Virus record (IMG/VR): IMGVR_UViG_3300024350_000252
Location: 62,001 to 126,000 of that record
Reading direction: 5' to 3' (one strand)
Length of the DNA: 64,000 bases
A program made the translations under genes and the position numbers. Positions 44,659-57,300 of the stretch are shown one piece after another; position 1 is the stretch's first letter; each line of letters opens with the position of its first letter. The notes under the pieces are model-generated. The model saw only the letters and a program-made list of their open reading frames with translations. It had not been told where the DNA came from and ran no database searches.

Positions 44659-45306
44659 TCAAACTCCAGTAAACCCAGTCAAGCTCTGTATCCTTATCGT
44701 GTAATCGATCTGGATCAATCTGTTTAAAGATTTCTGAACAGGATGGAAGACCACGTGTGTTAACAGTTTTCCGGTAGAAGATTTTAATCCTAGTTCATCA
44801 AAGACATAATCACCGTTCATGTCTACAGAATTGTCAAATGCTTCTTGTCCACTAGGCTCTCCGTAATCTAGCAAACATTTGATAACAATATCTGTATATG
44901 TTGCTCCACTGACATGGTTAATTTCCATATAATTTCTTGCTGTATCAGTGTTCAAAGGAGAATTTTGATCTACTACTTTGTTGTATGTCTGATAATACAA
45001 GCTGGAATTGATACCATTTGTGTTTGGTGTTAGATAAGTTATCAGCCCTGTGCTGTCAACTACTGTGCCACCGTTACCAAAAACCATTTCGGAAATCCAG
45101 CCTTGACCCTGATTTGATAGACTGTTAGCAAGAGCAACACTCATATTTTCGTAATGGATAGCGTTTGGCTTATCCCTGAACACTTCTCCAGTGCTAGGAT
45201 CCCAAATTTTTATATGTCCTCTGATGTCAAAACCGCAAATTTCGTTGGGTTTTTTATGATTTTGATCTGTTTTATTTTCAGGCATTTTTTCCGATTCCGT
45301 GTTCAT
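44659..45306 (-). CDS. Baseplate/tail structural protein
   Basis: Position between giant wedge protein and fibres; FDELGL...HPVQKS pattern. Confidence 0.7.
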   Translation of the reverse strand: MNTESEKMPENKTDQNHKKPNEICGFDIRGHIKIWDPSTGEVFRDKPNAIHYENMSVALANSLSNQGQGWISEMVFGNGGTVVDSTGLITYLTPNTNGINSSLYYQTYNKVVDQNSPLNTDTARNYMEINHVSGATYTDIVIKCLLDYGEPSGQEAFDNSVDMNGDYVFDELGLKSSTGKLLTHVVFHPVQKSLNRLIQIDYTIRIQSLTGFTGV

Positions 45307-45310
45307 ATGT

Positions 45311-45317
45311 TATTTAT
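45311..45317 (-). promoter_or_regulatory. Putative late promoter (ATAAATA)
   Basis: Only 4 nt before the 45306 ATG. Confidence 0.5.
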
Positions 45318-48300
45318 TATGGCAAATTTGTAGTCTTCTGCTGTAGGAACGTCACTATCGAAGTTTTGCTATTGCTTAATCCTTCTCCGGTAGTAGCTGA
45401 ACTGTTACCAACATCATACCATAGCTTGCCGGTTCTCTTAACCACTGTGATCCTAGTTGCTGCTTCTACAGCCGAAGTTAATCTTATATATGGCGTTGAT
45501 CCATCTACAGAAAATTCAGCTTCTACTAGCACATCGCCCGCAGGGCTATGTGAACCTACAGTTTGATCGTATACGTAGACAGGATCTTTGTTCAATCTGC
45601 GTCCAGCCACAAATACTTCGATAGTATCGCATGGTCCGTACTCTTCAGGTATACTGTCTACCGGCCATTCTTTCCTGTATCCTGTTCCATCTACAGCAGA
45701 TTTAGCAGGAATAAAAGTTAATGGCCCAATAAGCAAAGAAGTTCCGTCTGATACAAAATCTTCTTTTTCTTGAGAATCCTTGTAAGGAATAGCTTCTGTA
45801 TAACCTGTGATTACTACTTCAGTTCCCGCACTAAACAATGGCGTTACAGAAGTACCAAACATACCTCTTCTTAATCCCGTTAGACGATTACCATCTATAG
45901 CTAGATATTGTATTTTTTCTCCGCCTATAGTCACTATACCCGGCTGATCAAATTTGGGTACAGGAAGTGCTGTAGCATCTGTCAGTGTCATAGATTCGTC
46001 ATAGTAATTTAAATTTTCTACCAATTTGATGTTAGACAATGAGTATCTGCTGTAATAATTTTTGTTCAACACATCTTTAAATATTTCAAACGATACCGGT
46101 TCACGATAAATCATATCAGATCCGCTGATTATTTCCACTACATCAGTAGAGGTTGTAATAAATGAAGGATTGAATATAATTTCGTTTCTATTTCTTGATA
46201 GATAGTAATCTATATCCTGTGTAGCTCTTTCACCATTTACATATACCCATACATAAGAAACTCCTAAAACAGGTTTTTCTAGAGAATAAGCTAATTCGCC
46301 ACCTTTAAAGATGTCTCTGGTTAGATCCATCGTAGTATACTGTTCAAACCACTTGACGTTTAAAACATCACCTAATTGTAGATTTAAATCTGTCCTAAAA
46401 ACAATATTGTTATTTTTGATTTCATAGTTGCTATTAGAATAATCTTCTATCCTAATAATATCTCCTATGTCATATTTTCCAAACAGAGTCACTGTGTTGT
46501 CTTCAGCTGTGAACCCATAATCGATACCAAATATCAATAAATTGTCATTTACAAAAACTTTAACTTGGCTATCGATAATATCTCCTGGGTTTCTAAAAGG
46601 ATCTAAACCTATCTTTATAGAATCGTTACCTGAATAGATTTCTATAACAGTATCAACAGTGGTTAGTAAGTTACCGTTTCTTTCTACAAGAACGTTACTT
46701 GTAGGTGATCCTCCTAGATTGATAAATGATTCTAAAGGATATATTCTTTGTACGATATCAGTTACTGTTATAGTTTGATCATTGACTTTGATCAAAGGAG
46801 AATATGATCCCGATTCAGCAGATAGAACAACGATAGAAATCTTTCTGTTAACTTCCGGAGGATTACCAAACTCTACTAGAGTTTGATCTAGATCATTTAC
46901 CTGTCCTTTGCTGTTAACGAATCCGGCATCAACGATCTGTCCATCAACAGTAGCATAGATAGATCCAGTTTCAAAATATGATGCTCCTGTTAGATAATAT
47001 CTTGTTAGTCCGTCTGCTATAAATTCTTTATAGTCAAGAATTTCTGTACCACCTAACGCCATGGATACAACTTCTATTGTAGAACCAGCAGGTGGTAAAA
47101 CTCCGACGAATCTAACTTGATTAGTTTCAAAAGATATTGTATAATCTAGGCCGTTATCTTTTTTGACTTTATCGACATAAACTGTAACAGATTTTCTCTC
47201 AGTTACTTTCTGACCTATTTCATAGAGATCTGTCTGACCGTCTCCAAAATAAATTCTAGTTAATAGCGCAGGAGCTCCTGCTCTATCAGTATGGAACACT
47301 TTGATACTAAGTGTATCTAAAACCTGTCCCGGAACATTTTCCTCTGGAGCAGGTACTTGTTCTGGACTGATAAATTTTTGTCCGTCTAATACTATCTCAG
47401 AAGCAGTTTTACCTGTCGCTGTAGAGTATGCTCCACCTATATTTGTTAGATCCCCGCCAGATATAGCCGTATCGATATTTCTACCTACTAGTGCTACAGT
47501 ACCATCACTTTCGATCGGTCTGAATATCAGTGTATCATCTTTATCGATTTGTACTCCCGGAGGAATCGTTACAGCTATAGTAGATCCATCACCAACAAAT
47601 GTCTGCATCACAGCATGTTCGGGAGCTTCTTTCAAGCCGTTTATCTGTATCGTGCTTCCATCATAATAGTCAAAGAAAGGATCGTCTAATCTGACAGAAT
47701 TGTATTCTAATTTCTTTCTTAGATAGATTGTTATTTCTTTACCTAGAGGTGGCGGTTCAGGTAGATAGAATGTTCTATTAACACCATCAGCTGCTACATA
47801 AAAATCAGTGTTCATGTCGCCGGAGCTGTCCCATCCTTCTAATCCCCATGGCACAGCATCCCAACCAGCACCTACATCAAACATTGATCCTTGTACTATA
47901 ACTCCGCCAAAGTCTATGCCGGTGACTAGCTGTGAATAATCGCTGATTATTTCGCCATCTATTGTGTTCTTTTCTACACCTAACATACCAGATGTTGGTT
48001 GATAATACTTGTCTATCCTATTAAGAGCATCAAGTATTTCGTCATTCTTTTCGTAATGAACTGTAACTGTAGCACCCTGTGGCGGAGCTGCGTTCAATAA
48101 TAATTGACCAGTAAGAACTTCCGTTCCAGAAATATTTGTCTTGAAAATCTTGATCAAATATTGGCTGTTTAACAACTTGGCACCGTCTGTGCCTGCTGCT
48201 GTATTAGGATGTTTTAAAAATACAGCAATCTTAGATTTGTCTGTAGTGGGTGGATACTTTAGTGTGAAAGTATTTTTAGTACCAGGACATACAAATGATT

Positions 48301-51300
48301 CTGTTTCTAAGAAATTGTTTCCTAGATTTTTAAACTTCGGAGTCTTTGAATATCTATCAAACTTGATAGACATATCAAATGTACGAGCTTTAGATTGTCC
48401 TATGATGGCTACAGCTTTAGCAGAATTTTCTATCACTGTACCAACACCGCCAACTAATGTTACTGTAGGAGCAGAAGTATATCCTGATCCATGCTTGATC
48501 ATTCTTATATGTGTTACTACGCCGCTAGAAACAAATGCTTGTGCTTCTGCTCCATTACCACCACCGCCTTCGATGACTACCTTAGGTACGCTGGTATAGT
48601 TCTTTCCGCTGTATGTCAATACGATGTCTTTGACTACAAAAGCATGATTGTCTTTCCAGAATTTCCAAGGGTACTGATCGATTTCCAATCTTGTAGAATC
48701 AACAGGAACTATGCTTTGTGAATTAATATCAAAGACTGGAGGTAAATCAAAATCACTAATCGGTGAAGATGCTAGCTCTTGCCCTAAGTACCTACTGGTA
48801 TATTTTCTAATTTTGGTTCTATAAGGTTTAACTTCTTCGATATATTTCTGATAGCTAGAAAGATTATCGCTCTTATAGTTGATCCTATTGCTAAAATAAC
48901 CAACGTTGTGTGTTGCGTTCAAGAAACTGGTCTTGAATGCCCAATCGACATAAAGTTGTTCGCTGAATATGTAATGTATAGAAACAAAGAACAACTTGTT
49001 CCATTCGTTACTAAGTTCATCGATGAATATATTTTCTTTTACCGCTTTTAGAATATTTCTAAACTCGATAGAGAACGAAGTATCATATTTGTTACTATCA
49101 TAGCTTTGAGTTAAATCGTATCCTGTAGATTCCGCAGCAGTATTGTAGAACTTATTAACTATCTGGATAGTTCCATTTTTACGACCAACTAAACGATATT
49201 TGTTTTGTAAATCAGTAGCTATCGGATCGACTGTTTCAAAAACTGCCCAACCGCCAGAACCATATTCATCCACTCTTACTAGATCTCCTATCTCTACAGT
49301 CAGACCTGATTCTCTATAAAGTCCAGGAATAGTATATTTGATTCTAGAAGTATTGCTAAATCCCGACTTCCAATAGTCGACAGGAATCCAGAATTTAGTG
49401 GTATCATATGCTTGTGTTGCTGTCTTATAAAATGTTTCTGTTTTATCATCCCAACTATAGATAGCCCAATAGCCGTTTGAGTTCACATCGCTTTCGATCA
49501 ATACAGAAAACGGTCTAACATTTAGTCTAGCATTGATATACTTGGTGCCGCTATTTTCAATGATGACACCAGTCACCACGCCTAATTTATTAATAACTGT
49601 TTTAATCTTTGCGCCGGTGCCTGACCCATCTATTTCGACATAAGGTGGTACTCTATATCCTCGACCACCATCTATAACATCAACAGAAGTTATTTTTCCG
49701 TTAGCTATATTAGCTGACAACAAAGCCGGTTTTATTTTAGCAGTAGCTATAGTAGATAATTCTTTATAGCTGGCAAAAGATTGATCATACAGATTTAAAT
49801 TAGATTTAGGTAATGGTGCTGTTAAATTTAAATATTCATAAGAAATAGAATCTGCCAATGGATAACGAGAAAGTATATTGTTAATATAATCTACTGTTAT
49901 CTGTACCGCTTTATTTCTGTTAATAAACATAGACTGTCTAGGTCTATTGGCTATTCCGTATTTTGATTTTTCTGGAAGATCTTTATCAGGAACTGATCTA
50001 CCTAGAATATCTTCACCAACAAGACTGTCGATCCACTTTCTTTCTATATCTTCAACAGGATATTCATCAGAACCTTCTGTCAACAGAGTATATTCGTTGT
50101 GGACTAGATTTATGTTTTTATCAGTTTTATAGAATTGTATATTCAATAAAAATTCATCAGTATTGATAGAACCTTGTAAGTTATACAAAGAAATTTTATC
50201 AACATCAGTTATAGCAGCAAACGGAATTCCTGCTGTCGTTGGATTAGCAATGTAATTTGCTATAACTCCTGCGCTATTTGTTTTAGTAGAATTATTAGGC
50301 AGAGTATTTTTGCTTCTTACCCAATAATAGTAAACATTATATAATACTTCGCCGGTTATTGAGTCTAGTTTTTGCTTGTAAGAATAGTTTGAATCATCAG
50401 GATACAATGGTGTCCCGCTGATACCTTCTTCAAAACCAGCAGTAGTGCCAGTCATAGCTGCCCACTCGCTAGGCCTATAAATGGTTTCTACCCATTCGTA
50501 AACATCGATGCTAGCACCATATGCTAGTGAACCCCAATTAGCTGTCTTATAAACAAAATCATTTTGTTCATAATCAAGATACTTTGCGGTAGATGTTCTC
50601 CACCATATCTTACCAACATTATCATCCATCCATGCTTGGCCGGCGTCGATAGCATTATCAACAGTACCAGTAGAATAAACAGCAGGATCATAAGATGTTT
50701 TATAATCTATATCTTGATCAGCTATAGAAAGTATCTTTCCTTTAAATGGATCTATTATATCAAGGTCAGCAATCTTGCGATTATTAACAGCATCGTATAT
50801 GGCTAGATTTTTTAATTTGTCTATATCTATGCCGTTTGTTTGCTGCCTAATCACTGTCCAAGGTTTTACTCCTGCTTTCTTAGTAAATTTTTGTATCCTA
50901 CCAATCCTAGTAGTAGCAAAAGCAGGATCTAATGATAGATATTTTGGTGATCCAACAATGATCGAATCATTGGATGCTGAAAGAGACTTACCAAAGTCTT
51001 CATTGGTGTTAAGGCCTTCATCAAATATTTCTGAAAGAACAAACTTACCTACATACTTGTCAAACACATAGACTTTACCAGTTTTTCCTTGTGAATCTTT
51101 GAAGTTGGTAACAAAACGATCAAATCTAGTATCATTAGCATCAAATGTTGTAGTTTTATAACTTTCAGCACCTTCAGCTGAAATAGCTATAGTTTGATTA
51201 TCAGGAGTGATACAGATATTTGAACCGAATCTTTCGTTAGGATCTAGTTGACCGCTATCTAGTTTTTGTATCAGTTTATATGTTCCGTTTTTGTTTTCAA

Positions 51301-54300
51301 ATACGAATGTAGCTCCCTGGTCTACTCCTTTGAAGTTAGAAGCAGGAGCAGTAACAAACATATTTGTGGATTCAGAACTTAATAGAATCTTGTAACCAAA
51401 TTGATCGCCTGCGGAGATTTCTGTACTGTCAGTAAGATAAGAATTAACATTAACAGAATCTATATGTTGAGAAAGTTTATATGTGTTATTGCTATCTCTA
51501 TCATAGATAAACACCGCACCAGTCCTTGGCTGCTCTTCAGGATATTCTATAGACCAAATCGAAGGATTACCTTCCGGTATAGTTCCTTTATCAGAATCTG
51601 CTGCCAATGTATAGTAGCTGTCGTTTCTCCTAACAGTATCTCCTTTGAGATATATTTGATAGGATTTCCAGACACCTTTATACGAATCAAATGTCAGGCT
51701 ATCTGCGTTAGGTGCTCCAATTATTAACTTGCTGCCATCGGCATTAAAACTTAATGAATATCCATACGATGAACCTATTTTAATATTTTCTACATCATCA
51801 GTCGGTTTGATACCAGTTTGTATAGTAGATCCGTCATCTGGGGTAGCTGCTGTTACTGGCAGCATACCTGTATTCAATGAATCAATAGCTTCCCAATAGA
51901 CTGTAGAATCACCAGTAATAACTCCGGGAGTTTCTGTGTTAGGTGATATATCTGATAGAGCTTTGTAATAATTGTTTGTGTGCCAAACAACTGTACCTGC
52001 CGGATAGAATTTGGTGCTGTCAAATATTCCAACAAAACCTTCATCTTGGAAATGCGTCCATTCGATTCCGTTAAATTTATAAAGATATACTCTACCAGTA
52101 TCGTCTAGAGATCCCGGAGCACCAACTGCCATATAATAAGTTTCAGGAACAGCACCAATCGAAGTTCCTAAAATCCTAATTTGATCTCCTACATTATAGC
52201 GTAAACCTTTAACACCAACGGTAGCTGAATATGAACCTTCTGCCCTCGTCAATGTAAAGATAGCACCATTACCCGGCTCGCTGATATCTTCACCAACAAC
52301 ATCGTTATATTGTGCTTCGCCGGAAGATGCTATGCCACTCCAAGAAATTCCTGGTACCGCTGTACCAAAGAAACTAAAATCAGATATAGAAGTATCTGTA
52401 GCTGATGTTACAGCATCGACTCTTATAGTTAAATCATTAGCTGGTGAATATCCGCCTAGTTCAGTTCCGGGAATAGTTATTATTGTACCTGGAGTATAAG
52501 TAACTCGCAACCCTGTAGTAATTGCTCTATCTCTCCAAGGCAGAGCATTTGAAGCAAAATTAGATCCAGTAACTGGTTCCCAGAAATCAGTATCTGTAGG
52601 TAAGATAGGATTATGTGTTTCGTAATACTGTTCATCAGGTGGTGCTATCCCAGTAACTATAGCAGTCACTTTAAAATAGCCTACAGGTAGTACTGGATTA
52701 TATTGATAATAAACTATATCACCTGGATAATATGTAGTGTTGATATCCCAGGCACCTCGTTCAATTCTAGTATCTCTAATACAGGCATAGTATCTACCGT
52801 TATAACTAACAATGCTTCTTGCTGTATATCCCTGACCACTGTTTGTCAAATTAACATCAACATACAAATCCCTAAGTTTTGAAATTTGAAATACCGCTTG
52901 TTCAGATACGAGATTTGATTCTATACCGGTCACATTATTATATGTTTCCGATCCTAAAATTTCACCTAAAGAATTTACTGCGTTGACTGTTACAATAAGA
53001 TCATTTGTAGGTGTTACTCCACCAAGGCGACTACCAACTATCTTGATCCTGTCACCGACCGCGTATCTTGTGCCACCGTTTCTAACTGTTACAACATATC
53101 TATTCAATGCTCTGTTGATGTCAAACGAAGCATTAGAACCGGGTTCGCTGACATCTATACCACTGATGTTTTCAAATATAGCATTATTAAGACCACTGAC
53201 TCCCGATGCTGTTACTCCGAGGATTCCTCCTTCGGCATCTACAGTTGTGACCGTCAATGTAACATCACCACTAGTTCCTTCAATTCCAGCTACTTTAGCT
53301 ATAGATATACCAGAAGCAAAGTATTCACCGTGTCCCGGGCGAGGACTTATAATGGTATCTCGTAAAACATATTGTCCTTCGGAATATTCAAAGATATCGA
53401 TAGCACCTTGATTTCTATAACCTTGATTTATATCATAGATAGATTTGCCTAATGGGTTGGCTTTATGAATTACAGCTGGTTCCCAATCTTGAGAATTAAG
53501 ATTTATCGTACTACCATCACCGTAAATAGATCTAACCGCTCTCCATAGTTTGCCAGCATAAAGAACAGTGTCGTCTTGCTGATAGGTAGCATTTGGATCA
53601 AATGTTTCTCTATAATTACTAGGCACATAAGAAACGTTAGGTGAGCCTATCATCAACCAGCGACCATCTTCGCTAGTTGTCATTACTGTAGCATAAGAAC
53701 CCAGATATGTGCTTTGAAGACCAGAATTAGGTACTAATACCTGTAACGGTATCAAGCCACCCTGGCCCTGAGAATATACTATAACTGCCGACTCTCTAGT
53801 AACATCACCAGAAGTAACAACTGCGCCAGGGTTACCAACAATAGTGTTTCCTCTGCTGGCTAGATAGATCACACTGGCTCCTGTACCTGTCGGGAAAGCG
53901 ATACCGTATTCGGATATCTGTGTAGGATTATATTGTTTCTGTCTATTCAATACTTGCCAATATCCATCTCCACTATCATCTAACCATATCTTAGATCCTA
54001 CCGGTAATAAAGCAATTTTCTTAGATGTAAGATAAGATTGATCATCAATCCTTACTGTTTCAAATGTAGAGATATAACAGAAACTACTTTGATCTATAAC
54101 AGGTTCTTTAGTAGTACCTGCTACAGCTATGATAATCGTCTTAGGATTAACTCCGGCTACCTGATAAAAACCTGTTAGGTTTTCTATGTTAGTCAATCCA
54201 ATAATATCGCCTACTTTAAAATTGTGTACAATATTAGTGATTAACGAAACAAATCCTGTTTCGACTGCTACTGCTTTACCTACTAAGATTGATGTTATAG

Positions 54301-57300
54301 TATATCTATATACATCCCAGCCTGTTGGTAGGGAGGTCAACCATACTAACGAACCTTCTTTAAATATTGTTATATCAAGACTGTATAATTCGTCAAGTGT
54401 AGTAACTGTAAAATCGACGTCGGCAGGATTTACATACCCCGCAGACATATTGTTTATAGGATAGTATTTTGTAGGAAATTTAAATTTCCTAGATCCTATC
54501 TTATAATCAGAGTCTTTTACCAATACAGATGTTTGATACTGCTTAATATCTATTCCTGTTGTATCTAATAACACAGGTTGCGGATTGATATTGATATTTT
54601 CTTTTTTGATCGAAACTTCTATTTCATTAGACTGATCAATACCACCTAGTCTACCTACAAGAAATGCCCATTCTTCATCAAGAACGACAGCATCTGCTTC
54701 GATAGCACTCACCTTGTCAAATATCTTAGTGATAGAATTTGCTGTACCTTTTTCTCTTATGAAGCCTTGGTATAATCTAAATTGAGTTACTTCATCTTCT
54801 GCTATATCCTGTAGGTATTCTCTTTGTTGATACCCAATAGAGTGTTGTGCTAACTTTTTCTGTTCGTTATCGATACCGATATAGTCTAGTTCGAAATAAT
54901 CTTCTATTTGATTGATTTTATAATCAAAATTAGATACTAGACCTTTCTGAGGAAGATTATCTAATCTTTCCCAATTATTAGAATTAAATTCAACGGAACC
55001 TTTTTGAAACTTCAAGCTGGTATAGTAAAACTGTTTGTATTGTACTATATCTCCTAATCTATAATCAGTAAACGGTTTCCAAGTTTCTATATTAACATCG
55101 TCATAGATGAATCCCGGACTTGTGTAGTCACCATCCCAGTCGGTGGTACGGAAACCTGCGACTTTGATTCTTTCTTGTCGATATCCTGGTGCCTTATCAA
55201 ATATAACATCACCAAACACAGTTCTATCATTGAATACAACTACGTGTTCTTTGGTCACATAATTGATTTTAGCAAAATAAATTCCGTCTGTGCTATCAAG
55301 AGGTGTTAGTATAAACTTGTTAAATGTCCTATAAACCTGTATGTCCTTAGGTTGTATTTTTGTCCCGTCACTTCTTTGTATATTATAATCATAAAAATTA
55401 TCAAGTAGATTATCAGCGACTCGACCAACTTTTTCTATAGTGATCGCAGACGCAGACGGGCTTAGTGAAATGATAGAACCATTGGCCCAATTATGAGTAG
55501 TCCAGAACATGAATTCTTTGCAACTAGTTTCCCAATCATTGGGTACTTGTAAATCTGTATTAAAAGATTCAAATACCATTCCCTGGTCTTTGAGATATTC
55601 TCCATAACCAAGAAGGAAATCTACTACAGACTGTAAATCAGCGAATACAGTATTATATGGCAGCACAGCCGGCTGATACTTAGAAAATTTACTTCTGTTA
55701 ATAGCTGTAATCGATCCAACTATGGGAACCGACAGTATAGATACCCAAAGAGAACTTTCAAAATTTTCTGAGCTAGTATGAGCCTGTCTAGATCTGTAAA
55801 ATTTACTTTGATATCTAATCAATGTTCCTGATGGATAGTATTGATTAGCAGTCCACTCTACAAAAGTTTCGCTAACACCGCCTACAGAAAATACAGGATC
55901 ACTAGCTGTAGTCAATGGATGATAATATGTAAAAGCAGAAACTAATGTGTCATAGCCTGTGAGTTTCCAACCCGAAGATGTTTTTTCGATAATTACAGCC
56001 GAATAAGAAACAGTTTCTACTGGTGTGCTAACATTAAAAAATATCTCATAATCTTCAGAAGGAACAAAAATTCCTGAAGTTTTAGATTGAGGACTCTTGC
56101 TATCTAACAAATACTTCTGTTGATTTTTATCTACGAACCCACCTATCTTGTTAGATAATTTTACTTTAAAATTATCAGAATTAAATTTTGAAGCTAATTC
56201 TACAGATGCTACAGAATTAGATTTTAGATAATCAACGACATAATTTACGAGACCTTTTGGTTTTGTAACATCTAGTGTTGATTGATAAACTTCATCTAAA
56301 CTAAGGAATTTTCCTGTAGACGTAGACACCATTTGATCCATATCATTTTTAGTCAACAGCGTTCTGTCAAAATTCAATGATACAGTCTGTAATGGTCGTA
56401 ATAAAATAATTGCTTGTAATAGAGCGAAAGGATATCTGCCACTTTTTCTCCAAGCAGATTCAGCCGGACCTATGTCGCCAAATACAAATGCTTCGGCAGG
56501 CTGTATGATAGCATAATTTATAATCGATCCAGATGACACAGGATCTAATAATCTACCCTCATCGTCAACTGGAAGATAAGAAAGCAAGTTTGGTCTCTTG
56601 AATCTAATATGAGTACCTGCTCTATTACCTTGTCTAATTACACCGTCTCTTATATCTTCCCACAACAATAAGTTTCCACTAGTGTACGGTGCTGGACCAT
56701 ACTCTTCTTCCCACCATGTTGGTTTTTCACTAAAACCTAGCATTTCCCATGGTCGAGTATGAGGAGCATCAGTATCATATAGATAGATATAAATGCCTCG
56801 CCAGTATGCTGGCATTTTTTCAGTTCGAGTTATATCTGTGGCTTTAGAAAAGCTATAGGTGTACTGATTTTCGCTTTCAAAATAGTTATTAGCATAAGGA
56901 TCTATTCCTAATGGATTAGCCCATCTTAAAAATTCTTGATTTAATACACTGTCTAATTGTGCTTTAGTGAATTCACCAGTCTTTCCATAACCGCCCAAAA
57001 GATTATCAAGATCTAAGAAATCAGGATTGTATTGAATCTTGATATTGTTATAAATTCTTTTTTCTAATTCTAAAAGTAGTTCATCTCTGAAATCATCATA
57101 AGCTACTATAATACTACCGTCATGCCCTCTTATCACTCTAGTAGGTTCTAGATATGTGTCGTCGAGATAAATCTCAGGTGTAAATTTTTTATATAATCCT
57201 AATTTAGTAGGAGTCATCGGCATAAAATTAAATGCCGTTGTATAATATTCTTTTATCTGTATCTGATCATTTTCTACTAAGTCTATCAGTAAACGAACAA

